Below, in pieces: positions 36,899-49,462 of a stretch of DNA of 64,000 bases. Origin of the DNA: Laetmonice hystrix (lineage: Eukaryota); assembly GCA_965235115.1 (NCBI GenBank), contig OZ249453.1, positions 2,232,001 through 2,296,000 of the forward strand. Reading direction: 5' to 3'. Both the position numbers and the translations under genes were made by a program. Every line of letters begins with the position of its first letter. Within the stretch, counting starts at the first letter, position 1. A model generated the notes under the pieces. That model was not told the origin of the DNA. It ran no database searches and saw only the letters and a program-made list of their open reading frames with translations.

Positions 36899-38357
36899 TG
36901 GATATCCCCACCCTCTCACCTTATCCATGGATACAGACAGTGCTCCAGGCGTTCAACTATACAATCCACGTGTTCCAGAACGATTGGAGATGAGGGAAGT
37001 CCTGGATTGTTTATTTTTAGGACTGCGGTTGATTCCAGTTTTATCCAATACGTGTGTTTATAATTGAAGCACAGTAATCGTTCACAATAAGCAACTTCAG
37101 CTGCACAACTCGTCACTTAATCCACTTCCGTCTCTGGGGGCCGTCACCCAAAGATCCAAGTTCAGGATGGGTGGTTTAGTAAGACTGGAATGGTTTGAAA
37201 TATCCGGGATAATTCTGTGGATAGCGTGGAGGTGTCAGTGGCGGGTGGTCGCAGGGAGACATGGGTGCCGACGTGTGACCACAGTTTACCAACAGCTTCA
37301 GTTGATAACCCTTAGATCAGCCGTCAGTGGTTGACACGGCAGCGCGGGGGGGTCTCCGGCTCACGAGACATTCATCAAACGTGACGTTATCCTCAGCAGA
37401 CGACATTTGTACCGAGCGTCTCCCTCACGACGTGACGACGGCAGCGTCTCCTGGCCCGTTGATTCTGCTTCCGTCGGTCCGCGTCCTGGACGCCGTCTGT
37501 AGCCTGCAGCAGGTGGCAGGGCGGAGACTGCGGCAGTGGCCTGCAGCAGCCGACTAGCGTCCGATCTCAGCGTTTAGCCCACCCACCGGTAGGTGACAGT
37601 CCAACAGCCCGCCAGCCGTCGATACGTATAGCGTCCGTGGCCGTGGCGTCCGTCCCCATTGCAGGCGCGTCTCCGACTGGCTGGGAGAGCGCGCGCCAGT
37701 ATGAACCAGCCTGCCACCACCACCAACCACCCCGCTTCATCAAATATTAAATGTCCAATCTTCCCCCGCGGCGCGGTGCCGCACCATGCGACGAACAGAC
37801 GGCCGGCACAGTCAACGCTGCTCCGGCACCGCGTCCCGTCCTCTCTGCATCCACATACACGTGGCTATACAGAACGTCGAACTGCCCCACCAGTAACGCT
37901 CAGCGTGCACGTGCCCGCACGTGTCAAACAAAACCTAGGGCATTATGCACGACCATATAACAGGTGCTATAACGTCAGCGCTCCAAGCGACGACTGGCCG
38001 AACTAGCACTGACACCCCTATCCCGGGATGACGTAGTATCTGTCACCCGCAACTCCAGCGTCCTCTCCGGTGTTAGAATCCCTGGCGTTCACACAGTTAA
38101 TCTACCCACTCGTCACTCCCTAATTACCCTTCTCATAGTAAGACATAACACTAATTGAAAATCACCGATTCCGTGGGGAAATCCTCAAAGTGTGCAGTAC
38201 TATAATAACTTTCTGTACGATTCCTGTTCCATGAAGCTCATCATGATCTCTGCCAACTTTCTCTACGATTCCTGTTCCATGAAGCTCATCATTCTCTCTG
38301 CCAACTTTCTCTACGATTCCTGTTCCATAAGCTTGATATATATTTCTTCTAGACCCA

Positions 38358-38745
38358 TATAGCACCATTTCACTATACTACTTACGTCCGGGATTTGTGT
38401 GTTCATATAGCACCATTTCACTATACTACTTACGTCCGGGATTTGTGTGTTCTTATAGCACCATTTCACTATACTACTTACGTCCGGGATTTGTGTGTTC
38501 ATATAGCACCATTTCACTATACTACTTACGTCCGAGATTTGTGTGTTCATATAGCACCATTTCACTATACTACTTACGTCTGGGATTTGTGTGTTCATAT
38601 AACACCATTTCACTATACTACTTACGTCCGGGATTGTGTGTTCATATAGCACCATTTCACTATACTACTTACGTCCGGGATTTGTGGGTTCACATAGCAC
38701 CATTTCACTATACTACTTACGTCCGGGATTTGTGTGTTCATATAG
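38358..38745. repeat. 48-bp minisatellite, 8 copies
   Basis: Unit atagcaccatttcactatactacttacgtccgggatttgtgtgttcat. Confidence 0.92.
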
Positions 38746-40148
38746 CAACGGTATATGACCGACTAAAGGTTAAACCTCAGATTATTATCTATAATCCATC
38801 CAAGGTCAAACTACTCACGGGAAAAGGTCAAAGCTTCCTGAATAAGGTGAGCGATTTACCATGTTCCGTACTCTCTCAAATAGTCTCCGGCACCTCCAGG
38901 CCGTAATCATCACACATGGCCATATCACAGTGATTTTAGTCAGGTTGATGCGAGTCGTTTACATCCTTGCCCATAGAGGGCGTGGGCGGCGGTTCTCTCC
39001 ACTCGCCGCCCCCAGTGAATCCACTGAATCCACGTCCGGTCGACCCACCCTGGTAATTGCGGCGGGAGCATACAGTGACAAGTCAGTCATAGAAACCTCA
39101 CACAGACCCGCCACCAGTCGTGTTACTGACGCACAGAAACAGGTTGCTCCAATAACGGCTTATTGAAAATATTTTCCATATGGCGACACGCGTTCGCTCA
39201 GTTGGGTCTCGCTTGGGTAAAGATGAAACAAATGGGAATGGTTAGTTCGTTCTATCATGCGATCTATTCCGAAAACCTGCCACACCATAAAATTACATCT
39301 TCAGCAAGACTGCTATAGATCCGCACCAAACTGTATGGTTGATATATAGACCGTTGTTATTTGAAACCACTGACGTTAATCGGTGAAATTATGACATGAT
39401 AATCAACGGATCTGACTTCGTATATGGCGACGGTCTATACAGGGTCGATTTTCATACAGACAGTTACAGACAGAGAAGGGAGAATTCCTCTTTAAAACAG
39501 TTTTTATCCCGACAAAAATCTCTTAGAGAGGACTGTAATGTGTGTGGGCGCGGGGGTGTTATCGATTATAGTAGCTGTCACAGTTATAATATGTATTCTA
39601 CCAACTCATAGAGATAATTTCTCGGACAAGTCAATGTTTTATAACGCTATTAACGAAATGTATACCAAGCTGATAGTCCTCTAACTTAGACGGGTCACTC
39701 CTCGGAGAGGGCTGGTAATGGTGACAGAAGACCAAAATATGAATCACTTTTTAATTTCTCTCCCCCCCCCCCCGGCATGCTAACACTAACCTAACCCTCA
39801 ACATGAGCTCTGTGGTCACGATGGAGGAGTAGGCATACTGACTGAATTACCCACAGAATGAGGTGATTTACATTATTGGAGGTCCTTCCGGCCTGGAGAG
39901 GCCTTGGGACAGGTCTAGGTGTGAACTTATGCCCCTTTACCAGACTTCCGATTTTATAGACTCTATAGTACACAACCCGACACATTGCTCAATACACCAG
40001 TCTCATTCCCCTTTTGTTACATGCCGTCCATTCTCCATGTCTAATACATCATCGACGTCTCTGCTGTGACCTTTTTAAGTCCCGACGTTGTTGTGTATAA
40101 AACCGATCTCCAATCAAAGTCCGCCTCCGGGCAGCCATCAATCGGCGA

Positions 40149-40390
40149 CGCATGCGCACCGCCTGTTATGACGTCCTGCTTGCTAATAACGCCCTCTGGC
40201 GGTAGGGGCACGCGGTCTTTTGGTGGTTGCATCAAATGTCTGGTGTGAGTTCACGTTTAAGGACGCGAGACTGCTTGGGGAGGTTAATAATGTAAGCAGG
40301 TTAAACCGACACCAGCGCCACTCGACGGCAGCGGGATAAAACGACAAACCGAGGCGACGCCATCTTGACGACTGGCAGGGACCGGAAATG
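40149..40390 (-). promoter_or_regulatory. Promoter-like motif cluster (NRF1, CTCF, YY1, ETS)
   Basis: CGCATGCGCA 40149-40158, CTCF-like 40188-40202, CGCCATCTT 40358-40366 (AAGATGGCG on minus), ACCGGAAATG 40381-40390. Confidence 0.4.
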
Positions 40391-43300
40391 TTTCGCATGT
40401 TTCGTTCCATTAATCGTTTTCAATTTGCTCTAGATGTGGGCATAGCATGACAGAGCGCACAGCCATGGACCTGTATATAGGCCGATTATATTCCCATCAT
40501 TAGAATGTATGCGTGTGGTGGCTCTATAGGTGAATTATTAAACCATGTGCTACAGAATGAGGTGGCCCTGTAAATAAAGGGTCAATCAAAGTCCGGGCAC
40601 TACCCGAGTCATGAACCAAACTGTTGGATCATGGCAAGGGTCGTCTAATGAAGGACACACACCTCGACATCACCCACACAGGTTGACTAACGTTAGCCAC
40701 ACTCATCGGAGTCTTGCTGAGACAGCGCTTTTTTCTTATTGGCATATTAATTTCTCACCCGCCTCCACCTTTCTGCAGTCATGTGCGTGTTATATTCCTG
40801 TGTGGTCGTTTAGGGTTTCTAATAAATCGCTTCACTCCGCCGTTCTGTAACTGTTCATCTGAAAGTCGACACTTTGAGCTTCAGGCAGTTTTCTTTTCCA
40901 ACTCGTAAAGCGGTCTGGAATTAATTGTGACTCATGCATAAGGATTTATAGAATGGCGGAATGGTGAATGGTTGTTGCCATTCATGACTTTGTTATTTGG
41001 AGGTAGCCTCATATCATTTGATATATTTCGATTTCTTCGATTTAACAACCAGAACCTGATGCGATTAGCAACCCAACCCAACTTCTCCCTCTGCGATCTC
41101 CCATATCTCCATACAATTCTGAACAAGTGGGCTTAGCTTCAATCTAACCTATATACAGCCAATACGGTACGAGGCCTCAGCCTTTTTACAGTTTCTCTCA
41201 ACTGATTTAACAGTCTTTTTCCTCTTTAATTAGTTGCTCCATTATCAAAGGGTCAATAACTGGATCGATGCTGATCCCGACGGCCTTAGTCCTTGCCTGA
41301 GTTTATTCAAACATGCGTATGATGAAAGGTACGTAAGCGAACGCCCCCTTGTGGAGACTGAGTGGAACTAAAGCCACACCTGAGCCGTACCTTAGCGGTG
41401 TACTACCTGAGGGAGACGCCCACCTCCATGGCGTTAGGCAGACCACGTGATCACACTCCGGGAGCCGAGACTCTCGGCGATTAATGAAACACGAGTATAC
41501 GTCACCTGGCGGGTATCAGGTGCGTTACTCCTGTACCTCAGTACCGACCTCAACCCACACCTACACCTCCGCACTTACTCCATCAACTTTCAACCCACTC
41601 ACACCCGTACCCACACCCCCACCCACACCCCCACCCACACCCACACCCACACCCACACCCACACCCGTAGAACGGACTGCATGCTCTCTAATGTCAGCGT
41701 GACTGGGATCATGGGCCTATGGCACGACTGATGCTAGAAAAAAAAATTATTAAGAAAAATACATGAAAACGGTCACTTTAGGCTATGCCCTTTAGGTGTC
41801 AACCAAATAGGCAACGCTTTATTTCCCAATGTTACAAGCAATGTCATTTTTTTGTCCACCACGGCCGGGCCAGTGGACTAGGCCCTTTATTGACCTGAGC
41901 GCATGCGCCGTGGTATTATCACGTTATCGTCCGAGACACTCTCTACGCGGCTGATATTTGTGATACACTGCTGCCCACCTACATCCGGTCCGTGGTGTCC
42001 TCCCCCTATCGGCGAGTGGAGGAACTTATGTAACGATGCGCCTTATCTATCTGAGTAAGGACCTTAATCCGGATGTAAGATAAAGAGGGATTATACCGGT
42101 AGCCGTAGATCTTATCACTCACTGATGTGATCATAATGAATCGATGATCTAACGTCAAGCAGAAAACTTCCGCAGGCACATTGTGAGCTGATTAGAAAAA
42201 TTCGTGCCGTATATTGTCAAGTATTACTGGCGATATTAATTTTCTTCCTCTCCTTCCGGGGCCGTTTTCACTGTCAAAAATTGCTTGGAGGCAGTTTGGT
42301 GTTTGGAGGGACGTGCCATTAGGGAGCAGGGCCTATATTTCTACAAATTTAAAAATGGACCTGCTTTAATTGTCAAAAAGAGCAATCTCATCACTATTTA
42401 AATGGGGCGTTGTTACGCATACAGTCGTCATGATACAAGTGAACAGTTATAGAGAAAACCTCCCCCTGGTGGTCATGACGAGAACTAGAGGTACATACAT
42501 AGTCTCGTGTCGGTTTGTTGACACACGGAAGTCTGGCCAGACTTAAACGGGATGAATGAACGTTTATACGGAACGCGACGTCCTGCGTCTGGTCTGCCTC
42601 GATCGTCTGCAGCGTTTGTTACCCCTCCACCCCGCACCCCCGCCACACACACCCACCACCACCGTCTCGGGTAGATTCACCACGTCGCCCTGCCCACTTC
42701 AATCAGGCGAGTAAAAACAAACCTTTCCGTTATTGATTTGTAAGTATATGTTCCTTCGCTTGACTGTTAAGGAGTTGTAAAAAGGCAGTGGTTATTATAA
42801 AATGATGTAATATTGATGTAATACATGTATTACATCTGATGATGATTCTTACATCCCACTTACACCACGGCCATTTATTGATTACCTTTTAACGTAACGT
42901 AACGTAACGACCTCGTTAATCCGTGCTTCTTTAATCCGTATATACCTCACAATCCGAACACACTTTCTGGTAACCTCTTCTACCACTTTCTATTTATAAT
43001 GATTCAATAATCCGTATGTCTCACAAACCGAACACATTTTAATGGGCACCTGACTGTATTCATATAAACCATAATGTCCCCCTCCCGAACTTTGACCCTT
43101 TTTCTGTGAGCAGTCAGCTGAAATAATTGGTGGAGGGTACCGGAACACACGGCTAAATGCAGAACCAAAGACCTTGCAGAAAGTAGCTGACAAACCTTTG
43201 ACGTAGAGATGAGACCCTTTTGATCACGACTTGGCTTGGACCACTGAACCACTGCGGCCTCCTGGGCGTTCAGGTGTCAGTAATATAGATGTTGTGACCT

Positions 43301-43738
43301 ATGACCTTTGAGCGTGGCATACGACGTGGCTTTTGTTAGCATGCGCCCCCCCCCCCCCGTCACGATCTTTGTCAACATCGTGTGATAATAATGTGACTGT
43401 GGATGCACATGAAAGCGTTGGATTTCCATTCTTTTTTCACGTTTGTATTCATTTTTCTTTTTGGGATAAATTATTCCCATGTGGTTCTTTATAATTGGTC
43501 ACTTCGAGGTAACACTCAGCTGCCGTTTGACATTGAACCTCCAGATATTCTCGTGACAGTGTGCTTTTGTCTGCTCTACCTCCTACCATGCCCTCCCAAG
43601 GTTAGCCAAAGGTCACCAGCGCCAGCAAAGAAATGAAGCAATATTCCTGCATTCGGGCAGTTTGATCTATCGCCTTTTGATGGGGTGTAGTCATCGCATT
43701 AGTGTTAACTGATTACAGGGGTCACTTGGGGTCGACCA

Positions 43739-43785
43739 GTCGCCCGGGCAACCTCCAACACAACCTCCTCCGTAACCATGGCAAC
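43739..43785. promoter_or_regulatory. Pair of RFX X-box motifs
   Basis: GTCGCCCGGGCAAC (43739-43752) and GTAACCATGGCAAC (43772-43785) both fit GTNRCC-N2-RGYAAC; an ETS-like CCGGAAAT lies about 60 bp downstream. Confidence 0.55.
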
Positions 43786-46700
43786 CCTTGACAGGAAGAG
43801 TTTTCAGTGGCTGCGTGACGGACCGTCTGACTGCGCGTGAACCGGAAATGGACGTCTACAATGGCACAGGACGCGCCCTCACGTGTCGGCTGCTCTTTTA
43901 GCCTCGTTTTGGGATAACTGGCATCTGAAAACATGCCATTTACAGACTCCGCGAAGGAGAAAGAGGTCCTGCACTCTTTCAAAGTGAAACGAGAAGAAGA
44001 GGTGAACGAAAAAATGGAAACGTGAGGAGATAATATAATAATTATTCATTAAAGCATATGCCTGGAAACGGAGGAGTGTTGACAGGGCTTAGAAAATACC
44101 GAGGCCTCAATGCCTGCTTCTGGTGTCTGCCTCGGATAATTATATATCCAACACGTCTTGTCCAATTCTTCAGGATATTCCTTATAACACGCAGGTTTCC
44201 ACTACCTCGCCTTCTTTGCCAGCTGTGTCAGCATAATGACAGCAGCTATAAGTATAACCCTAACGACGTGACTACTTCAGCCCCTTCCAAGCCATGGCGT
44301 GTGCTAGCTAAGCAAAATTTCCACCGGTCGGTCATTAAAAAAGGCACACATATATATCTTAAGAATGGCACACTGGGGACACGTTGAAAGACCTCCTCGT
44401 TTCTCAGCATTCCCACAGAGGGCGCTATTCCCAAGGCAGGAACTGCGCGTGGCATGTACAAATTCTCCGGAAACGCTTGCCTGAAGGGAAGACCCACAAT
44501 TGTGGTCCGTATGGGTGAGAAAAGGTTGGTCATGGAGGAAGGTAGGGGGGTATAAATGGGCTACAATAAAAAAAAACCCCCACAAACTGATGCTACTGCT
44601 GATATGGTCTTATATTATGACGTCACCAAAAGAAGATAGTAAGGATTATTATCCTATTTGCCCGCCTTCATTGTGACGTCATACATTTACATATTTGGTC
44701 ATTCGATAGCCTCAGTAGGTTTACTGTTTCTGTACCACAGATTCAATCTCCTAAAGGTCAACCTCAGCCAATGTGTAGACTCTAAACAGGAGAGTGAAAC
44801 GTTTAAAACGGTTTGCGGTTACAAAAAATACTTGTCTACTCTCTGTCCGGTTGTCAGTGGTTCCTGGCTGTTCCTTCACTGACCAGTAACACGCCACTCT
44901 CCTATACGTGATTGGTTGAGGTAGACATGGTGTCCGTCACGTCACGGCATCATTATACGGTATACTGCGTCTGCATGACCCAGTACGCGTGCGCACTCAA
45001 TACAGTCTGACCACCACCGTCCTTCAATGGACAAAGGGCAACTTTCTCGTGCCAAACAAAGTATGCTGAAAGCTTTTGTCGCTTTGTGTCAGTTCGAAGT
45101 TCCTTGTCTCGACGTGTCTGAGTCTTTGACTGGACCCCGGGGGACGGGGGGGGGGACATACATTTGTATGCAGAGTGTTAAACTCATATGGGAGGACTAG
45201 TCCTTGCGGAAGTCGACGGGAGTCCTTGTAATAACAGATCGGATGTCCTATCATTTGTCATTACATTCATTCTTTCTTTCCATAGCTTCAGAAAATATGA
45301 GCGCTGGAGATGACGGAAATGATAAGGATACTCAAATTAATCATCTCCCGTCTGAATATCATCGACGTGTTAATTTAAATACATCATTTTAAATGTATAG
45401 GCATATAGGTCGATGTAGGGGCCCATGACATTCTTCATATATCAAGCACACTGGAACAGTCATCAGTTACAACCAGATTTTAATGTGGGTAATAGATACA
45501 AAGTCCTCTCCCTGACCAAAGCTTGCTTATCAGATGCAAAGGTTTTTATTTAGTTTGTTTTATTTATTTTTAAATATAGGTACCTTTTTTCTCTCTCAAA
45601 ATCTAGCGACGATGCTATACGGGCAATACATATATACTGTGCACCGGGGCCTGTTGTACGGCGTACAGCTACTGCACTGACATGAGAACGATCGATGAAA
45701 TAATATGCTGGCCAGCGCCGATCGCAAAATACCAAAGAAGCACGTTCCGCATACAGCGCGCGAGTGGGCGCCGTAAGGGAGAATAATCATGCGACACGTG
45801 CTCTGGAGCTGGTGCCTAGCAACGTGTGGTGGTGGATTCCATCTTAACAGCGTGTCTCGCACCTCGCCCGCTGTGATTATTACCAGTAAGCAGTTTAAGA
45901 ACTGCCGGACTAATGAGCCATCTGGCTTATGTCCCGTTCATAATGAACGCCGGGTGTGCTGTGACACCAGATAATTTTTCCCTTGATTCCAGATTTTGGG
46001 TGTCATTGGAAGGGATCAAAAACAATAACGAGAGATATATATAGGTTTATCAATGGTGGAGTGAGAATTCTGCTGCCTTTAGCTGGCCCTGCATGCTCGG
46101 TACGAATTAACGAGTTTCCGTTCAGTCAATTTAATCATGTCACGTTTTCCTGAAGTCAACTTTCGAATAAACCATGCGGATGGATCTTCATCTGTCGTCT
46201 GGCGCTTCATAATGTCCTCTAACCAATTATCATCCTAATTAAAAACATGTTCCGTTCTACATCGACCTAAATTCTTGCCGGCAGAGATAAAGTATACATC
46301 ATACTGGCCTTTTTGTGGCCTCCATGTCCGCCTGTTCTCCCGAGATCTTTTATTGTGGACAGTAATTCATTGTTGCGATTAACCTTGGGAAAACAGTGCA
46401 GGATCTAGGCCCTAATTGCTTTGAGAGTTCTCCTTATAAATTGCATAGAGACTTAATTAAAGGTAATATGTCACGAATTTCAAATAATAGGGCCTACGTC
46501 GCGTTTCAGCAAAAATATGTCTGTATTGCGGTTCTCCGATATGCCCCAAAGGTCCCCTACCTGTTTATGTAGCTTTGGCTAGTATTTTGTAAAAGAAAAT
46601 CGCCAATTCTTAATGCGGTCACTGAAATTTGAAACATTTAGATTGCGAAACCCCGGGATTTGCAGCCGGCTGTGTTTTGCACCCTTTTCACGCGATCGGC

Positions 46701-48306
46701 GGATGGGCCATTATAGTCCCGTGTTTATATCTCGAGTAATCACAGCGAGAGTCACGTGATCATGGGACCCGTTCAAACGATTCGCAGCAGCCAAAGGGGG
46801 CCGGATTCATCGCACTTTGCGGACACTGCAGCTAGTTTTATTCATTTTTTCTACATATATAATTAAGGAGAATTTCACAGCTGTCTACTCGTAGTATGTG
46901 TTAACAGAATCAATATGAAAAACAATCAGTGCCATAAAGTAGGCCCTACGTCAGTGGTGAGCAGGTAAGCAGAAAACTGAAGATTTCGGTCGATAGAGGG
47001 GTCTACCCCCCCCCCCCCCGTGACATATTTTGTATCATCCGTAGATCTACTAATAGGAATGTCGAGTCCACCTATGGTAATAACCAAACTAACATGGCTA
47101 TCATATTTCAAGCACGCGCAAGAATTCCCACCCACCATAGGCCTACATGTTCAGGTCTCGGCGAGTCCAGATAATATAATAACCCGATATTGACACTGTC
47201 AGAGCTTGCCTGCCCTCCCTGGTGGCCAGGCCACACACAAACAGCCGACCACGGACCCATCCGGTAAAATGACTTCCAAATTCTGTTTTTACCAATAACA
47301 CATACGACGCGGAACGACCCTGGCGGCAAGCGACGACAGCGACACCTACCGTCTCGACGGCCAACCAATCTCGGTAATTGTATTCTGTCCGAAAATAACC
47401 GAAAATGTCCCAGGCGCCATAGGAGCAGTTTGACCTTCGCCTGACTAGTCGGTACATTTGCAGTCTTCATAAATCAAGGCTGTCACCAGCAATCGAGTCT
47501 GGTCCCCGCTGACGGCAGATCATGCTGTATGATTGATGGCACCAGGCAGGGACAACCATATCATCCGTCATGGTCGATCAATAGAGAGAGAACCACGTTA
47601 AACCCATCCTCGACCCACAGTGAGAATGCTGGTAAATGTATTCTGCTATATTTACAAGTCCCTCATTCATCTAATCTATAAGGTACGGAGAGCTTAATTT
47701 GATGACCAGAAAAAGTCCAGGTAGGCTATGATAAATAATGCTTCAGGGTTAAAAGGGTTAAACCATGTTCCAGGCACATTGTAGGGCCTATTTACCGGTT
47801 TCAGATTTCTGCATTTTTGCACATACTGCAATCTCTAGATGGGCTGACCGATTTTGATGGCATGAATCCATTTATTATTGAAAGAAAAAAACCGTCTGTT
47901 CAGTCTGACTGTAGCAAAATGGCGCTGGCAGAAAACCCTGTCGCCCTCTGCTGGAAAAATAGAAGCATTCCTATTTCCTGTTTTCGAGATTGCAAAGAGA
48001 AAATAGCTTGAACTTGCTTTATTTGAGTGGGTATTTTGCTTATGTAAAAGATATAACTAGAACTGTCGGGGGAAAAGCTTTGGCGTGAAAAAATGAATTT
48101 AGGTGGACGACCTGAAACGCCTATTTATATTTCCAGCCTTCCCTTCCAGTAGGCCCGGCTACAGGTTTACTGTTGGAGTCTTGCTTTCCAACTTCTCTCG
48201 ATAGGTGGCGCCCTACTCACCCGACGATTCCAAGATGGCGTGCTCAACCCGAATGTCCATTCGGCCAACCTCGGGACTGTTCCTCTCGACCCTCGCACGG
48301 TCGTCA

Positions 48307-48388
48307 CCCAATCTCTTCCAGGGTTCACCGCGCCGGGGACGATGGCGCGGATAATCAGCCCGCGCGGTGAACCCTGGGAGAGATTGGG
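48307..48388. repeat. 27-bp inverted repeat with a 28-nt loop
   Basis: cccaatctcttccagggttcaccgcgc (48307-48333) versus gcgcggtgaaccctgggagagattggg (48362-48388); one mismatch. Confidence 0.85.
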
Positions 48389-49160
48389 TCGTCACCATGT
48401 TGGATCTTCTTTTATCACGTGACACAACGCATCCACCCCTAGTTTACACACATGTGGCGTGGCGACTTTTTCGCCGCGAAAACCTACCGCTTTCTGTTCA
48501 AGAAAGGTTGGCAGACCTGTAGCCTATGCATTAAGTACCTATATTATAATATTCAGCTGTTATGCGGCAATTTAAATGAATTCTTGCATTATATTTAAGG
48601 CTTTGAAATAATGGGCCTATTATAATACGCTCTGGTCCTATACTAACATTATGGCTGACACTGAATTATTGTAGTGTGGAGAAGAGTTTGTCGTCATCTA
48701 TCGGAAAAGGACAGGGGTAGTAGCCTACTAGGGTAAGGCCTATAGGCCGATTCTTTGAGATCGGGCAAGAATACTATGTTACAAGTGAAAAATATAGCCT
48801 ATGCCCTAATATCTAGACTGTTGCATAATTCCAGTCTTTAACAGCTACCTTCAGAAGCGGATCCAATCCTTCCGCCCATTGCGTCGCGTTGGCCTACATT
48901 AAAGGTGGTGGCCATTCGTTCCAATTCCTGTCGACAGGAGGCGCAAACTGTGGTGTCGGGGGATGTAGTTCTCCTGATGCCCGCATACGTCGCCACTTGA
49001 TAGTGAGTCCAGCTACACTGCCGCCTGGCGGAGAATTGTAACACCAGAAGCGTGTGTAGACGACGTGCAAGGGGTGGGCTCAGATTCTGAGCGGTTCCTC
49101 CTGCCCTCGAATTCTACGTATCCATCAGATGCCGGAAAATAGCATTTTTGGCCTTCTAAA

Positions 49161-49462
49161 TAGGCCTATTCTATAGGCCTACCCATGGCAGACGCCTTGG
49201 TCTGGGGAAATGGGCTTAGCCTCCGTCCCTCGAACCACCAGTCGGCCTGTAGGCCTATTCTACCCATGGCAGACGCCTTGGTCTGGGAATTAGGCTTAGC
49301 TTCCGTCCCTCGAACCACTAGTCGGCCTGTAGGCCTAGCCTATAGGCCTAGGGCCTATTCTACCCATGGCAGACGCCTTGGTCTGGGGAATTAGGCTTAG
49401 CCTCCGTCCCTCGAACCACCAGTCGGCCTGTAGCCTATATAGGGCCTATTCTACCCATGCAT
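49161..49462. repeat. About 80-bp tandem repeat, about 3 copies, rich in TAGGCCTA
   Basis: ggcctattctacccatggcagacgccttggtctggggaattaggcttagcctccgtccctcgaaccaccagtcggcctgta recurs. Confidence 0.85.

Noticed and set aside
44195-44270. Hydrophobic frame FHYLAFFASCVSIMTAAISITLTT as a TM exon
   Set aside because: Needs a phase-1 upstream donor that I could not find, and it ends in a stop with only a weak donor.
46457-46800. Possible Kolobok-type end (TTAAAGG...)
   Set aside because: No matching CCTTTAA end or TIR found nearby.
47138-47146. GLW codons on the minus strand (ORF 47108-47470) as a claudin exon
   Set aside because: Lies upstream of TM1, lacks the following Cys pattern, and arises from a TAGGCCTA motif.
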